This document shows, in pieces, positions 11,785 to 23,839 of a stretch of 64,000 bases of DNA (position 1 is the first letter of the stretch; each line of letters starts with the position of its first letter). Origin of the DNA: Roseiarcus sp. (GTDB lineage Bacteria > Pseudomonadota > Alphaproteobacteria > Rhizobiales > Beijerinckiaceae); assembly GCA_050015575.1 (NCBI GenBank), contig JBEKBD010000001.1, positions 5,441 to 69,440 on the forward strand, in the 5' to 3' direction. The position numbers and the translations under genes are program-made. A model generated the notes under the pieces. The model searched no databases. It saw only the letters and a list, made by a program, of their open reading frames with translations, and was not told the DNA's origin.

Positions 11785-11859
11785 CTATGCGCGAAATTCC
11801 TGCGCACGGACAATGTTCCAGGTCTCGCGAAACTGGCATGGCGATTGACAATGAGACAC
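11785..11859 (-). CDS. 24-aa small ORF with 17-nt extended Shine-Dalgarno (rreB-like small mRNA)
   Basis: GAAAGGAGGTGATCCA-GTG start; peptide MSHCQSPCQFRETWNIVRAQEFRA; terminator downstream. Not in the ORF track. Confidence 0.65.
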   Translation of the reverse strand: MSHCQSPCQFRETWNIVRAQEFRA

Positions 11860-11983
11860 TGGATCACCTCCTTTCAGGTTGTTGACGACGCCGATCAAAA
11901 TAACGTGATTCGTCGATTTTCAAAGCCCGGATTTCGCGCATCGGCGATGCGTCGGCGGGATGGGGCGCCCAGACGCTCGGCGA

Positions 11984-13327
11984 TCACGCCGCCGCCTTCG
12001 CCACCGCGTCGCAGACGTCGTTGACCAGCGTGTCGACCAGGGCCGGATCGTCCGCCTCGGCCATGACGCGAATGACGGGTTCGGTCCCCGACGGGCGGAT
12101 GACCAGACGCCCCTTGGCGCCCAGCCGCGCCGTCGCCGCGGCGATCGCCTTGACCACCGCTTCGTCTTCGAGCGGGCGTCCGCTCTTGAAGCGCACGTTG
12201 CGCAACACCTGCGGCAGCGGGTCGAAGCGGCGGCAGACCGCGCTGACCGGCTTGCCCTGCTTTTGCACGACGGCGAGCACCTGCATCGCCGCCACCAGCC
12301 CGTCGCCGGTGGTCGCATGGTCGGTCAAAATGATATGGCCCGACGGTTCGCCGCCGACGTTGATGCCCTTCTCGACCATGCGCTCCAGCACGTAGCGGTC
12401 GCCGACCGCGGTGCGTTCGAGGCGAAGGCCGCGCTCGGCCAGCCGCCGCTCGAGCCCGAGGTTGGCCATGACGGTCGACACGACGCCGGGCTTAGCCAAG
12501 CGTCCGTCCGCCTGCCAGCTTTCGGCGATAACCGCGAGAATCTGATCGCCGTCGACGACGTGGCCCTTCTCGTCGACGATGATCATGCGATCCGCATCGC
12601 CGTCGAGCGCGATGCCGATGTCGGCGCGCATTTCCCGCACTTTCTGTTCGAGCGCCTCGGGAGCGGTCGAGCCGACGTCGAGGTTGATGTTGACGCCGTC
12701 GGGCTCGACGCCGATCTTGATCACTTCGGCGCCCAGCTCCCATAAAGCCTCGGGCGCCGTTCGGTAGGCGGCGCCGTTGGCGCAATCGATCACGACCCTG
12801 AGGCCGTCGAACGAAACCTCGCGCGGCAGCGTCCGCTTGGCGTATTCGATGTAGCGCGCCTGGACGTCGTCGATGCGCCGCGCCCGCCCGAGATCGGGCG
12901 ACTTGGCGAGCTTGGCGGACAGATCGCCGTCCATCAGCGATTCGATGCGCGCCTCGAATTCGTCCGACAGTTTGAAGCCGTCGGGGCCGAACAGCTTGAT
13001 GCCGTTGTCCTCGTAGAGGTTGTGCGAGGCGGAGATCATCACCCCGAGGTCGCAGCGCATCGAGCGCGTCAGCATCGCCACCGCCGGCGTCGGCGCCGGG
13101 CCGAGCAGCAGCACGTCCATACCGACCGAAGTGAAGCCGGCCACCAGCGCGTATTCGATCATATAGCCGGACAGGCGCGTGTCCTTGCCGATCACGACGC
13201 GGTGGCGGTGCTCGCCGTTCTTGAACGCCAGCCCAGCCGCTTGGCCGACCTTCAAGGCGAGTTCGGCGGTGATCTTGCCGTTCGCGCGGCCGCGAATGCC
13301 GTCGGTGCCGAAATACTTGCGCGCCAT
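11984..13327 (-). CDS. glmM: Phosphoglucosamine mutase
   Basis: [44 protein letters not shown]. Confidence 0.97.
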   Translation of the reverse strand: MARKYFGTDGIRGRANGKITAELALKVGQAAGLAFKNGEHRHRVVIGKDTRLSGYMIEYALVAGFTSVGMDVLLLGPAPTPAVAMLTRSMRCDLGVMISASHNLYEDNGIKLFGPDGFKLSDEFEARIESLMDGDLSAKLAKSPDLGRARRIDDVQARYIEYAKRTLPREVSFDGLRVVIDCANGAAYRTAPEALWELGAEVIKIGVEPDGVNINLDVGSTAPEALEQKVREMRADIGIALDGDADRMIIVDEKGHVVDGDQILAVIAESWQADGRLAKPGVVSTVMANLGLERRLAERGLRLERTAVGDRYVLERMVEKGINVGGEPSGHIILTDHATTGDGLVAAMQVLAVVQKQGKPVSAVCRRFDPLPQVLRNVRFKSGRPLEDEAVVKAIAAATARLGAKGRLVIRPSGTEPVIRVMAEADDPALVDTLVNDVCDAVAKAAA

Positions 13328-13601
13328 CTCCGCAAACCCTTCCGTCGGTCCCCCGGAGCCCGTTGCGACCGGCCTGCCTCGCCGCGCTCGAGGGTCCTGA
13401 CGACGAAGGCCCGCGTCCGTTGCGACCGGACGAGGCTCCCGCTGTTCTCAATAGCCTAAAACGCTATGGAATAAATTCAAAAATCGTTGCACATCGTAAA
13501 CGACGCCCGAGGCGCGGGAAACCCCGCTCCCCGCGCGCGCTTCGACCCGCCGCGGCCCAAAGCCGGCGGCGCTCGTCACGCGCGTTCGCGCCGCGTTGCG
13601 A

Positions 13602-13943
13602 TCACGCCTTGGCGGATTGCTTGACTTCGACGCCCGCTTCGGTCAGCAGCGCCGCCAGTTCGCCCGACTGGAACATTTCGCGCGCGATGTCGCAGCCGCC
13701 GACGAACTCGCCCTTGACGTAGAGCTGGGGAATGGTCGGCCAATTGGCGAATTCCTTGATTCCCTGGCGGATTTCGGCGTCCTCGAGCACATTGACGCCG
13801 ACGATCGGCGCGCCGAGATAATCGAGGATCTGCACGACCTGGCCGGAGAACCCGCACTGCGGAAATTGCGGCGTCCCCTTCATGAAGAGAACGACGGGGT
13901 TCTCGGAGATCAGCTTCTGGATGCGCTCTTGGACGTTCGCCAT
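13602..13943 (-). CDS. grxD: Monothiol glutaredoxin
   Basis: [34 protein letters not shown]. Confidence 0.95.
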   Translation of the reverse strand: MANVQERIQKLISENPVVLFMKGTPQFPQCGFSGQVVQILDYLGAPIVGVNVLEDAEIRQGIKEFANWPTIPQLYVKGEFVGGCDIAREMFQSGELAALLTEAGVEVKQSAKA

Positions 13944-14052
13944 GGCTCGAACCTTTCCTCAACGGGGTTCAAGGCCCCGCCTTCAATTCCAACCATATAA
14001 GCGACCGGCGCGGCGCCCGCCAGTCGCCGGCCGAAAGTCGCCGCCGCGTCCT

Positions 14053-15078
14053 TTATCCCCCGGTCACGCTCATGTGGCGCGCGGTCGAAGCGTGGCTGCC
14101 GGCGCGCTCGACGACGAAGTCGTGGCCCTTGGGCTTGCGCGCGATCGCCGCGCGGATCGTCGCCTCGAGCCCGTCGTCGGCCTCGGAACGGCGCAGCGGC
14201 TCGCGCAGATCCGCGGCGTCCTCGTGGCCGAGACACAGATAGAGCCGGCCGGTGCAGGTGACGCGCACGCGGTTGCAGCTTTCGCAGAAATTATGGGTCA
14301 GCGGCGTGATGAAGCCGAGCCGTCCGCCGGTTTCCTTGACGTCGAAATAGCGCGCCGGCCCGCCGCTGGAATAGGGCGAGGGCGTCAACGTGAAGCGCTC
14401 TTCCAGGGCGGCGCGCAGTTCGGTCAGCGGCAGGAATTGATCGAAGCGCTCGCTCGCCACCGCGCCGAGCGGCATGACCTCGATGAAGGTCAGATCGAAG
14501 CCGCGCTCGTGCGCCCAAGCGACCAACGCGGGCGCCTCCTCGTCGTTGAAGCCCTTGAGCGCGACGGCGTTGAGCTTGACCTTGAGGTCCGCCGCGCGCG
14601 CCGCCTCGATTCCCGCCATCACCTTGTCGAAATCGCCCCAGCGGGTGACGGCGCGGTATTTCGCGGGGTCGCGCGTGTCGAGCGAAACGTTGACGCGCTC
14701 GACGCCGCAATCGGCGAGCTCGGCGGCGTAGCTCGCGAGCTGCGAGCCGTTGGTGGTCAGCGTCAGCTCTTCCAGCCCGCCGGCGGCGAGATGGCGCGAA
14801 AGCGCGCGGAAGAGGGTCATGACGCCGCGCCGCGTCAGCGGCTCGCCGCCGGTGACCCGCAATTTCCGCGTTCCCAGCCGCACGAAGGCCGAGCACAACC
14901 GATCGAGTTCCTCGAGCGAAAGCACGTCGCGCTTGGGCAGGAAGTTCATGTCCTCGGACATGCAATAGACGCAGCGGAGATCGCAGCGGTCGGTGACGGA
15001 GACCCGCACGTAGCTCACCCGCCGGCCGAACGGGTCGACGAGCGCGGGCGGAGCGGGCGCGAGAGCGGGCGAGAACAT
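14053..15078 (-). CDS. moaA: GTP 3',8-cyclase (molybdenum cofactor biosynthesis)
   Basis: [16 protein letters not shown] radical SAM motif, [15 protein letters not shown]...CL, C-terminal MSVTGG. Confidence 0.96.
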   Translation of the reverse strand: MFSPALAPAPPALVDPFGRRVSYVRVSVTDRCDLRCVYCMSEDMNFLPKRDVLSLEELDRLCSAFVRLGTRKLRVTGGEPLTRRGVMTLFRALSRHLAAGGLEELTLTTNGSQLASYAAELADCGVERVNVSLDTRDPAKYRAVTRWGDFDKVMAGIEAARAADLKVKLNAVALKGFNDEEAPALVAWAHERGFDLTFIEVMPLGAVASERFDQFLPLTELRAALEERFTLTPSPYSSGGPARYFDVKETGGRLGFITPLTHNFCESCNRVRVTCTGRLYLCLGHEDAADLREPLRRSEADDGLEATIRAAIARKPKGHDFVVERAGSHASTARHMSVTGG

Positions 15079-15147
15079 CCGCCCTAGATAGGTCAGACGG
15101 AACGCGAAGTTAAGGCGGTCGGCCGCAAAAGTCGTCCTATCGCCTTC

Positions 15148-16038
15148 TTATTGCAGCAGCATCGCACGCGGCGGCGACATTTTTCCGAACAGCGCGTCGC
15201 GGATCGCGATCAGGTTGCCTCGCAGCCGGCCGCGGCGGTCGATGAAGGGCTCCGGCTGTAAGGACTTCCAAAGGTTCATGACGACGTTCCCCGCCGCCAT
15301 CTTGAGCCCGAAGCCGGGGCGAAGCGTCCCCTTGCGCACGAGATAGATCACGTTGGCGACTTGGGCGTAGCCGAGCTTGACGCCGGAGGTCTTGCCCGAC
15401 TTCGCGCCGAGGTGCACGCCCCACAGCGCGCGCGCCCGGACGCGGTGCCATTTCGGCGCGAGCCGGGCGCCGAAATCCTGGTCTTCCTGCCAAGCGTAAC
15501 CGGGAAGATTCTCGTCGAAGCGAAGGCCGGAGATCGCCGCGAAGCGAAAGCCCATGTTGCAGCCGTAAGGCGATACGCCCTCTTCGGCGCCGTCGCCCTC
15601 GTTCCGCGCCGCGTCGCGTTCCTCGACCATCTTAGCCGCCGCCGCGAGCTCGATGCCGGGGCCGCGAATGCCGTCGGCCAGCACCTCGCCGGTGACGGCG
15701 CCCACGTCCGGGCGACGATCCAGCATCGCCGCGAAGCGCTCGATCCAAAACCGCGACGGAACGAAGTCGTCGTCGAAGAAGACGATCGCGCCGAAGCGGT
15801 CGCCCGCGAGGTCGAGGCCGTCGTTGCGCTGCAACCCCGACCCCGTCCGTCCAAGATGGAAGGTCGCGCCAAGGTTCTCCCCCGGCCGCTCGGGAAAATC
15901 CTGCGGCGTCGCGCCGACGACGAAAACATGGTCCGGTTTGCGCGTCTGCGCGGCGAGCCTGCCGAGCAGCGACTCGACGATCTTCGGACGTCCGCAGCTG
16001 GCGACGATCACGGCGACGCTGGGCTGGGCAGAAAGCAT
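15148..16038 (-). CDS. Glycosyltransferase family 2
   Basis: VIVASCGRP, GLQRNDGL, IVFFDDDF DXD motif, GCNMGFR, FDENL...WQEDQDF. Confidence 0.85.
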   Translation of the reverse strand: MLSAQPSVAVIVASCGRPKIVESLLGRLAAQTRKPDHVFVVGATPQDFPERPGENLGATFHLGRTGSGLQRNDGLDLAGDRFGAIVFFDDDFVPSRFWIERFAAMLDRRPDVGAVTGEVLADGIRGPGIELAAAAKMVEERDAARNEGDGAEEGVSPYGCNMGFRFAAISGLRFDENLPGYAWQEDQDFGARLAPKWHRVRARALWGVHLGAKSGKTSGVKLGYAQVANVIYLVRKGTLRPGFGLKMAAGNVVMNLWKSLQPEPFIDRRGRLRGNLIAIRDALFGKMSPPRAMLLQ

Positions 16039-16235
16039 CCATCCCTCCTGCCGCGAGGAGGTACAGGACTCGCCTCGCCGGAGGCAAATTGATTTTTCCG
16101 GTATGATTTACAAGCAACCCCTCGGGAAAAGCTCTGCGGCTCGCGCGAGAGCGATCGCCGTTGAGGCGCGCCGCGGCCGATCGACGGCGCGCGCAGCGAG
16201 CCGCGCGGGACGCGCCCGGCGCGGCTCGATCGCCG

Positions 16236-16817
16236 TCACCGCAGGACGACGACCCGGGCGCCGACGCTGGCGCGCCCGTAGAGATCGACGACGTCGTCGT
16301 TGGTCATGCGGATGCAGCCCGAGGAGACGGCCTGGCCGATGGTGTCGGGCTCGTTGGAGCCGTGGATGCGGTAGAGCGTCCCCGCGATGTACAACGCGCG
16401 AGCGCCGAGCGGGTTGTCGATGCCGCCTTCCATGTGACGCGGCAGGTCGGGGCGGCGGAGCAGCATTTGCGCCGGCGGCGTCCAGTCCGGCCATTCGCGC
16501 TTGTTGGCGACGTAAGAGGCGCCCGCCCAGGTGAAGCCGGGCCGGCCGACGCCGACGCCGTAGCGGAGCGCCTGCCCGCCCGGCAGGACGAAATAAAGCC
16601 GGCGCTCGCTGGTGGAGACGACGATCGTCCCCGGCGCGTAAGGGCCATTATAGGCGACGGTTTCGCGTGGGATCGGGGAAACGAGCGGACGCTCGTCGCC
16701 GCCGCCCATCGCGGGGAACCGGGAGGCGTAAGTGGTCGGCATAGCCAAAGCGGCCGACGCGGACGAAAGGATGAAGCCGGCGATCAGGCCAGCCCCGAGA
16801 AGCGCGATGCGTCGCAT
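16236..16817 (-). CDS. L,D-transpeptidase (YkuD family), exported
   Basis: Signal peptide; GTIVVSTSERRLY, YGVGVGRPG, WPDWTPP, NPLGARALY, YRIHGSNEPDTIGQAVSSGCIRM. Confidence 0.93.
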   Translation of the reverse strand: MRRIALLGAGLIAGFILSSASAALAMPTTYASRFPAMGGGDERPLVSPIPRETVAYNGPYAPGTIVVSTSERRLYFVLPGGQALRYGVGVGRPGFTWAGASYVANKREWPDWTPPAQMLLRRPDLPRHMEGGIDNPLGARALYIAGTLYRIHGSNEPDTIGQAVSSGCIRMTNDDVVDLYGRASVGARVVVLR

Positions 16818-17008
16818 GCGAAAATCCCTTGGTTCTCGAACGGCGCGCCCTCCCGCCCGTCCGAATCGACCGGCCGGCCTGTCGCGCAAGAATGGAATTA
16901 ATCGAGGAAAGGGGGCGCTCGCGCAACCGTCTCGGGCGCTTCTCGGCGGCGAAAAATGCGGATTGGGCCAAGGCGTGGCGGCGGCGCCACAGTGGCGGAG
17001 CGGGGCCA

Positions 17009-17083
17009 TGGTGGGCGATACAGGGATCGAACCTGTGGCCTTCCCCGTGTGAAGGGGACGCTCTACCGCTGAGCTAATCGCCC
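17009..17083 (-). tRNA. tRNA-Val (anticodon CAC)
   Basis: Reverse complement GGGCGATTAGCTCAGCGGTAGAGCGTCCCCTTCACACGGGGAAGGCCACAGGTTCGATCCCTGTATCGCCCACCA; cloverleaf, TTCGA loop, encoded CCA. Confidence 0.97.
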
Positions 17084-17202
17084 GCGCCGCCGCGGAAGTT
17101 TCGTTTAAGGCGGAGGCGAACGGCAAGTCAAGGCGATGGCGGTCTCGCGCGCGGCGACGACGACGCGGGCGGTCAGCCGTAACGGCGGCGATGTCGCGCG
17201 GC

Positions 17203-18423
17203 TCAAGCGCCGGGGAACTTTTGCGGCGCCGGGCTGACGACGCTCGCCGCGCCGGCGCTGATCTGCATCACCACCAGGCCGCGATCGTTGGGGCCGTCGG
17301 CGCGGAAGCGGAACAAGCCGTCGACGCCGTTGAACCCCGAGGCGTTGGTGAGGACGCCTTGCGAGTACCGTTGCGCGCCCTGCGTGCGCGCCAGCGCCGC
17401 GACGAGCGACACCGCGTCGTCGGCGAGCGAGGCCAGCCGCAGCGGATCGAGGGCGAATTTGGCCTTGTAGCGCTGAGCGAAGCTGGCGAACCCGGTGTTG
17501 TCCGGCGCGGCGAACCAGGCGCCTTGCAGCGCCGGCAGCCTCAAGACGCGCGGGTCGTTCCAGACGCCGGTGCCGAGAACTTGCGTCTTGACGCCGCTCG
17601 CCGTCAGCGCCGCGGCGACCGGGCCCATGCCGTCGGCCTGCTCGGGGATGAACAGCGCGTCGATCTGCGTCGCCACGCCGGCGATCTCCTGAACGGCGTT
17701 TTGGGGCTGACCCGGCGTATAACGCGCGACGGTGACGATGCGCGCGCCGTCGCGCGCCGCCGCCTGTTGGAATTCGCTGACGGCGACATTGGCGTAGTCG
17801 CTCTCGGGCGCGAGCACGGCGAAGGATTTCTTGCCGCGCGAGACCGCGAAATCCGCGATTCGGTCGGCGTAGGATTCGATCAGGAACGACAGCAGGTAGA
17901 CGCCGGGCGAAGCGGCGCCCTCGTCGGTCGAAAACGCGATGACGGGACGTCCCGCGACCTTGGCTAGGCGTCCGACTTCGCGCACTTCGGGCGCCAGCAA
18001 TGGCCCGAGTATGATTTCTGCGCCCGCGCCGAGCTCGGACTGCGCCGCCTGCGCGGCGCCGTCCACCGTCCCATGATCGTCGACGATCATCAGCGTGATG
18101 TCGCCCATGCCCGATTCCTCGAGCGCGAGCTGGGCCGCGTTGCGCAGCGAGGCGCCCACGACGCTCGGGCCGCCGTTCTGCGTCAACGGCAGGATCAGGC
18201 CGACCCGCACTGGACCCGTGCCCAGGACGTCGCCGACCGGACCCGCGGCGAGCGGTTGCGACTGGACCTGCGGCGTCGGCGCCGCGCCCATTTCGGGCCC
18301 CGGCGAGCCGAGATCGCTGGGGCCGCAACCGGCGAGCGCCAGCGCGAGGCCCGCCGCGACCGCTCGAACCCCTTGTCGAGCGAATCCGCGACTTGCGAGC
18401 GTCAAAGAGGCGCTTGTCGGCAT
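17203..18423 (-). CDS. Penicillin-binding protein activator (LpoA/LppC-like lipoprotein)
   Basis: Lipobox LAGC; RVGLILPL...SLRNAAQLA, ILGPLLA, VIAFSTD, NASGFNGVDGLFRF. Divergent from rsmI as is usual. Confidence 0.85.
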   Translation of the reverse strand: MPTSASLTLASRGFARQGVRAVAAGLALALAGCGPSDLGSPGPEMGAAPTPQVQSQPLAAGPVGDVLGTGPVRVGLILPLTQNGGPSVVGASLRNAAQLALEESGMGDITLMIVDDHGTVDGAAQAAQSELGAGAEIILGPLLAPEVREVGRLAKVAGRPVIAFSTDEGAASPGVYLLSFLIESYADRIADFAVSRGKKSFAVLAPESDYANVAVSEFQQAAARDGARIVTVARYTPGQPQNAVQEIAGVATQIDALFIPEQADGMGPVAAALTASGVKTQVLGTGVWNDPRVLRLPALQGAWFAAPDNTGFASFAQRYKAKFALDPLRLASLADDAVSLVAALARTQGAQRYSQGVLTNASGFNGVDGLFRFRADGPNDRGLVVMQISAGAASVVSPAPQKFPGA

Positions 18424-18647
18424 CACGACTTCCTACCGCGCGCGAAGGCAAAAAGCGAATCGCCTCGTGCCCGACGTCACCTTACGCGATGCGCGCCGGC
18501 GACGTCTCACCTAGCGCCGATCGTCCTCAACTTTGGCGGCAATTGTGGCTTTTTCATTCTCTGGTGTTAAGGCTCCGGTGTTAGGGAAACGGCGGCGTCG
18601 GCGCCCGGGGGGCGCGGACGACCGCCTCCTTGGGGACCGGGGCGAAG

Positions 18648-19580
18648 ATGGCGACGCGCCGCCTGGATCAAACGAAGACGCCGCCGAGCCCGCCCCGCTC
18701 GCGCGGCTTCACGGCGTTCGGCGAGCGCGTCGAGGCCGCGCCGATCTCGCCGGGCCTCTATGTCGTGGCGACGCCGATCGGCAATCTCGCCGACGTCACG
18801 CTCAGGGCGCTGGCGACGCTGGCGGCGGCCGACGCGATCCTGGCGGAGGACACCCGCGTCTCGCGCCGTCTCTTGCAGCGTTACGAGATCTCCACGCCGC
18901 TCGTCGCCTATCACGAGCACAACGCGGCGAAGGTCCGGCCGCGCCTCATCGCGCGCCTCGCCGAAGGCGAAGCGCTGGCGTTGATTTCCGACGCCGGCAC
19001 GCCGCTGATCTCCGATCCCGGCTACAAATTGGCGGCGGAGGCCGTCGCGGCGGGCGTCGCGTTGACCAGCGCGCCCGGCCCTTCGGCGGCCCTGGCCGCG
19101 CTGACCAGCGCGGCGCTGCCGACCGACCGATTCTTCTTCGAGGGTTTCCTGCCGCCCAAGGGCGCGGCGCGGCGTGAACGCATCAACGCCCTGGCGGAGA
19201 TTCCGGCGACGTTGCTGTTCTACGAGGCGCCGAGCCGCCTCGCCGCCTCGCTCGCGGACCTCGCGGCCGAACTCGGGCCGCGGCCCGCGGCGGTCGCTCG
19301 CGAACTCACCAAGCTCCACGAAGAAACACGCCGGGGAACCCTCGCGGAACTGGCCGCCCATTACGCGGCCGAGGGGCCGCCCAAGGGCGAGATCGTCGTC
19401 GTCGTCGGCCCGCCGCAGGCGGCGCCCCGGCTCGACGAGGACGCGCTCGACGCCGAGATCGTCGAGGCGCTCGGCGCGCTGTCGGTCAAGGACGCGGCCG
19501 CCGCGGTCGCCGCGCGAATCGGCCTGCCGCGCCGCAAAGTCTACGCGCGCGCGCTGCTGCTCGCCGGCGCGCGGCGCTGA
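18648..19580 (+). CDS. rsmI: 16S rRNA (cytidine1402-2'-O)-methyltransferase
   Basis: [56 protein letters not shown]. Confidence 0.96.
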   Translation: MATRRLDQTKTPPSPPRSRGFTAFGERVEAAPISPGLYVVATPIGNLADVTLRALATLAAADAILAEDTRVSRRLLQRYEISTPLVAYHEHNAAKVRPRLIARLAEGEALALISDAGTPLISDPGYKLAAEAVAAGVALTSAPGPSAALAALTSAALPTDRFFFEGFLPPKGAARRERINALAEIPATLLFYEAPSRLAASLADLAAELGPRPAAVARELTKLHEETRRGTLAELAAHYAAEGPPKGEIVVVVGPPQAAPRLDEDALDAEIVEALGALSVKDAAAAVAARIGLPRRKVYARALLLAGARR

Positions 19581-19960
19581 TGGGCGCGCGGCCGGCCGCG
19601 GCGCGGCGACGCGCCCATCTCTTCGGGCTGCGCGCCGAGCAAATCGCCGCGCTGCTGATGACGTTGAAGGGTTATCGCGTGCTGGCGCGCCGCTTCGCCG
19701 TCTCTGGCGGCGAGATCGATCTCGTCGTCCAGCGCGGCCGGACGATCGCCTTCGTCGAGGTCAAGGCGCGCGACGATCTCGACGCCGCCGCGAGCGCGAT
19801 TTCGGAGGCCAAGCGTCGGCGCATTTCCCGCGCCGCGCGGGTCTGGCTCGTCCGCAACCCCTGGGCGGCGGGCGCGATTTTGCGCGGCGACGCGGTGTTC
19901 GTCGCGCCGCGGCGGCTTCCCCGCCACCTCGGCGCGGCGTATAGGCTGGACGTCGACTGA
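19580..19960 (+). CDS. yraN: YraN/UPF0102 family endonuclease-like protein
   Basis: [28 protein letters not shown]. 1-nt overlap with rsmI. Confidence 0.9.
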   Translation: MGARPAAARRRAHLFGLRAEQIAALLMTLKGYRVLARRFAVSGGEIDLVVQRGRTIAFVEVKARDDLDAAASAISEAKRRRISRAARVWLVRNPWAAGAILRGDAVFVAPRRLPRHLGAAYRLDVD

Positions 19961-19981
19961 GAGAGAGAGAATTTTCGCGCC

Positions 19982-20962
19982 ATGCCTTTGACCGTCGCCG
20001 TGCAGATGGACCCGATCGAGCGCATCCGCATCGCCGGCGACTCGACCTTCGCGCTGTTGCTCGAGGCGCAGGCGCGCGGACATGCGCTGCTCCACTACAC
20101 GCCCGACCGACTGTGTCTGGAGGGCGCCTCGCTCTTCGTCCAGGCCGAACCGCTGCGGGTCAAGGACGTCCAGGGCGAACATTTCGGCCTCGGCGGGGCG
20201 AAGCGCGTCGATCTCGCCGAGGTCGACGTCGTGCTGTTGCGTCAGGACCCGCCGTTCGACCTCGCCTACATCGCGACGACCCACCTGCTCGAGCGCATCC
20301 ATCCCCGCACGCTGGTGGTCAACGATCCTCGCGGGGTGCGCGACGCGCCCGAAAAGCTGTTCGTGATGGACTTTCCCGAGCTGATGCCGCCTACGCTGAT
20401 CGCCCGCGATCGCGCGACGATCGAAGCGTTTCGCGCCCGACACGGCGAAGTGGTGATGAAGCCGCTCTACGGCGCCGGCGGCCAAGCGGTGTTCAAGGTC
20501 GCGCCCAGGGATTCCAATTTCGGGTCGCTGTTCGACCTCTTTTCCGTCACCTTCCGCGAACCCTGGGTGATCCAGAAGTTCCTGCCGGCGGTCGCCGCCG
20601 GCGACAAGCGCATCGTCCTCGTCGACGGCGAGCCGCTCGGCGCGGTCAACCGCGTGCCGGTCGGCGACGACATCCGCTCCAACATGGTGCGCGGCGGCGC
20701 GGCGCGGGAAACGGAACTGACGCCGCGCGAGCGCGAGATTTGCGCGGCGATCGGGCCGGAGCTGAAGCGCCGCGGCCTCGTCTTCGTCGGCATCGACGTC
20801 ATCGACGGGCTGCTGACCGAGATCAACGTGACTTCGCCGACCGGCATTCGAGCGATCCAGCGTTTCGGCGGCGCCGACATCGCCGCGGCGATCTGGGACG
20901 TGATCGAAGCCAAACGACGCGCCTTCGCCTCGCGCGCGGCCGATCGCGGCGCTGCCGGCTAA
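19982..20962 (+). CDS. gshB: Glutathione synthetase
   Basis: [56 protein letters not shown]. Confidence 0.97.
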   Translation: MPLTVAVQMDPIERIRIAGDSTFALLLEAQARGHALLHYTPDRLCLEGASLFVQAEPLRVKDVQGEHFGLGGAKRVDLAEVDVVLLRQDPPFDLAYIATTHLLERIHPRTLVVNDPRGVRDAPEKLFVMDFPELMPPTLIARDRATIEAFRARHGEVVMKPLYGAGGQAVFKVAPRDSNFGSLFDLFSVTFREPWVIQKFLPAVAAGDKRIVLVDGEPLGAVNRVPVGDDIRSNMVRGGAARETELTPREREICAAIGPELKRRGLVFVGIDVIDGLLTEINVTSPTGIRAIQRFGGADIAAAIWDVIEAKRRAFASRAADRGAAG

Positions 20963-20975
20963 GAGGGCAAGCGCC

Positions 20976-23744
20976 ATGGAAACGTCTTTCCCCGCCGCCC
21001 GGCCCGCGCGCCGGCCCCGCGCCGCCTCGCCGAAAGGCGGATTCGACCGCGCCGGCCTCGACGAACGCCTCGAAGCGCTGCGCCGCGATCCGTCCTTGGA
21101 CGACGCCGCGTTCCGCCGCGAAGCGGTCGCGCTGTTTGGCGAACGGCTGGAGCAGGGCCGCGCCGCCGCGCGCAACGCGCTCGCGGAGGGCGGCAAGGGA
21201 CGCGCCTGCGCGGCGCGCCTCTCCGAATGCGAGGACAACCTGATCCGCGCGATCCACGACTGGGCGGCGCGCTATGTCCATCCGGGCCTGCCGGCTTCGG
21301 CCCGGCCGACGATCGTGGCGGTGGGGGGCTACGGCCGCGGCATGCTGGCGCCCGGATCGGACGTCGATCTGCTGTTCCTGTTGCCCGACGCCCCGACGCC
21401 GGAAACCCGCAAGATCATCGAGACGATTCTCTACGCGCTGTGGGACCTCAAGCAGAAGGTCGGCCACGCCACGCGCTCGATCGAGGAATGCCTGAAACTG
21501 GCGCGCGCGGACATGACGATCCGCACCACGCTGCTCGAAGCCCGCTTCGTCATCGGCGACGAAGCGCTGTTCGATCGCCTGCGCGTTCGCTTCGACCGCG
21601 AAATCGTCGCCAAGACGGCGAGCGAATTCGTCGCCGCCAAGCTCGCCGAGCGCGACGCGCGGATCAAGCGCGCGGGCGAATCGCGCTATTTGGTCGAACC
21701 CAACGTCAAGGAGGGCAAGGGAGGCCTGCGCGATCTCAACACGCTTTTCTGGATCGCCAAATACGTCTATCGCGTGCGCAGCGCCCATGAGCTGGTCGCC
21801 GCCGGCTTGTTCACGCAGCGCGAGCTGGCGCTGTTCTCGCGTTGCGAGGAGTTCCTGTGGGCGGTGCGCTGCCACCTGCATTTTGTCGCCGGGCGCGCCG
21901 AGGAACGCCTGAGCTTCGATCTGCAGCGCCCGATCGCCGAGCGGCTCGGCTACGCGGCGCGCGCCGGCCAGGCCGACGTCGAACGCTTCATGAAGCACTA
22001 TTTTCTGGTCGCCAAGGACGTCGGCGATCTCACCGCGATCGTCTGCGCCGCGCTCGAGGAGCGCCACGCCAAGCCGACCCAGGCGCTCGATCGCTTCCTC
22101 GGGCGGTTGCGCCGCCGGCCGCGCGCGGTCGCCGACGCCGGCGATTTCAAGATCGAGCACGACCGCATCGCCGTCATCCGCGACGACGCCTTCGAACGCG
22201 ATCCGGTCAACCTCATCCGCCTCTATCGGGCGGCCGACCGGTCGAGCCTGGCGATCCATCCCGACGCGACGCGCCTGGTCACGCGTTCGCTCAAGCGCAT
22301 CGACGCCAAGCTGCGCGCCAATCCGGAGGCCAACCGTCTGTTCCTGGAAATTCTGACCTCGCGCCGCTCGCCTGAAACCGCGCTCAGACGGATGAACGAA
22401 GCCGGCGTGCTCGGGCGCTTCATTCCCGACTTCGGCCGCGTCGTCGGCATGATGCAGTTCTCGATGTACCATCATTACACCGTCGACGAGCATCTCTTGC
22501 GCACCGTCGGCGTGCTCAGCCAGATCGAGGCGGGGACCCTCGAGGAGGATCAGCCGCTGGTCCGGGAAATGCTGCCCCAAATTCCCAATCGCACCGCGCT
22601 CTACGTCGCCGCTTTTCTGCACGACATCGCCAAGGGACGTCCCGAGGATCATTCGCTGGCCGGCGCCGAGGTCGCGCGCCGGCTTTGCCCGCGTCTGGGG
22701 CTTTCGCCGGCCGATTGCGAGCGCGTCGTCTGGCTCGTCCAATGGCACCTGGCGATGTCCAACATGGCTCAGGGGCGCGATCTGGTCGACCCTCGCACCG
22801 CCGAATCCCTGGCCGCGATCGTGCAGACTCTGGAGCGGATGCGGATGCTGCTGGCGCTGACGGTCAGCGACATCTGCGCGGTCGGGCCGGGGGTGTGGAA
22901 CGGCTGGAAGGGCCAGTTGCTGCGCACGCTGTTCTGGGAGACCGAAGTGGTGCTCGGCGGCGGGCACTCGGCGATCGACCGCAAGGCGCGCGTCGCGGCG
23001 GCTCAAGAGGCGCTGCGGCGCTCGCTCCCCGGCTGGTCCGACCCCGATTTCGACGCCTACGCGCAGCGCCATTATCCCGCCTATTGGCTCAAGGTGGAGC
23101 TGGCGCGCCAGGTCGCGCACGCCCGGCTGTTCTACGCCATGGCCGCCGAGGTGCGCTCGCTGGCGACCGAGGTGGCGACCGACGCGCGCCGCGGCGTGAC
23201 GGAGCTGACGATCGTCGCGCCCGACCACCCGCGTCTGCTCTCGATCGTCGCCGGCGCCTGCGCGGGCTCCGGCGGCAATATCGTCGACGCGCATATTTTC
23301 ACCACCGCCGACGGGTTCGCCCTGGACACGTTTTTCGTCTCGCGCGCCTTCGATCGCGACGAGGACGAACTGCGGCGCGGAGCGCGCATCGCTCACACCA
23401 TCGAACAGGCCCTGCGCGGCGAAATCCGCGTCAGCGAAATCGTCTCCAAGCGCGCGCCCGAGCCCCGCGCGCGCGCCTTCGCCATTCCGCCCGAGGTGAT
23501 GATCGACAACAGTCTTTCCAACCGTTACACCGTGCTCGAGGTCTCCGGGCTCGACCGACCGGGACTGCTCTACGAGCTGACTACGGCGCTGTCGAACCTC
23601 AATTTGAACATCGGCTCGGCGCACATCGTCACCTTCGGCGAGAAGGCGGTCGATTCGTTTTACGTCACCGATCTTACGGGAGCGAAAATCGCCTCGCCGT
23701 CGCGTCAGGCGGCGATCAAGCGGCGTCTGCTGGCGATCTTCTAG
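20976..23744 (+). CDS. glnD: [Protein-PII] uridylyltransferase
   Basis: [54 protein letters not shown] domain, two ACT domains. Confidence 0.97.
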   Translation: METSFPAARPARRPRAASPKGGFDRAGLDERLEALRRDPSLDDAAFRREAVALFGERLEQGRAAARNALAEGGKGRACAARLSECEDNLIRAIHDWAARYVHPGLPASARPTIVAVGGYGRGMLAPGSDVDLLFLLPDAPTPETRKIIETILYALWDLKQKVGHATRSIEECLKLARADMTIRTTLLEARFVIGDEALFDRLRVRFDREIVAKTASEFVAAKLAERDARIKRAGESRYLVEPNVKEGKGGLRDLNTLFWIAKYVYRVRSAHELVAAGLFTQRELALFSRCEEFLWAVRCHLHFVAGRAEERLSFDLQRPIAERLGYAARAGQADVERFMKHYFLVAKDVGDLTAIVCAALEERHAKPTQALDRFLGRLRRRPRAVADAGDFKIEHDRIAVIRDDAFERDPVNLIRLYRAADRSSLAIHPDATRLVTRSLKRIDAKLRANPEANRLFLEILTSRRSPETALRRMNEAGVLGRFIPDFGRVVGMMQFSMYHHYTVDEHLLRTVGVLSQIEAGTLEEDQPLVREMLPQIPNRTALYVAAFLHDIAKGRPEDHSLAGAEVARRLCPRLGLSPADCERVVWLVQWHLAMSNMAQGRDLVDPRTAESLAAIVQTLERMRMLLALTVSDICAVGPGVWNGWKGQLLRTLFWETEVVLGGGHSAIDRKARVAAAQEALRRSLPGWSDPDFDAYAQRHYPAYWLKVELARQVAHARLFYAMAAEVRSLATEVATDARRGVTELTIVAPDHPRLLSIVAGACAGSGGNIVDAHIFTTADGFALDTFFVSRAFDRDEDELRRGARIAHTIEQALRGEIRVSEIVSKRAPEPRARAFAIPPEVMIDNSLSNRYTVLEVSGLDRPGLLYELTTALSNLNLNIGSAHIVTFGEKAVDSFYVTDLTGAKIASPSRQAAIKRRLLAIF

Positions 23745-23839
23745 ACCGGACGCGGCGCGGCGCTCCCGGGCGGCGCGCGCTTGATTTTTGTCGCGCCAGC
23801 GATGATATCGGGCGCGACCGAATACGGGATTGTGACGAA

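Noticed and set aside
11859-11875. Exact match to the 16S rRNA 3' end, suggesting an rRNA gene fragment
   Set aside because: Flanking sequence has no rRNA similarity. It is better explained as an extended SD on the opposite strand.
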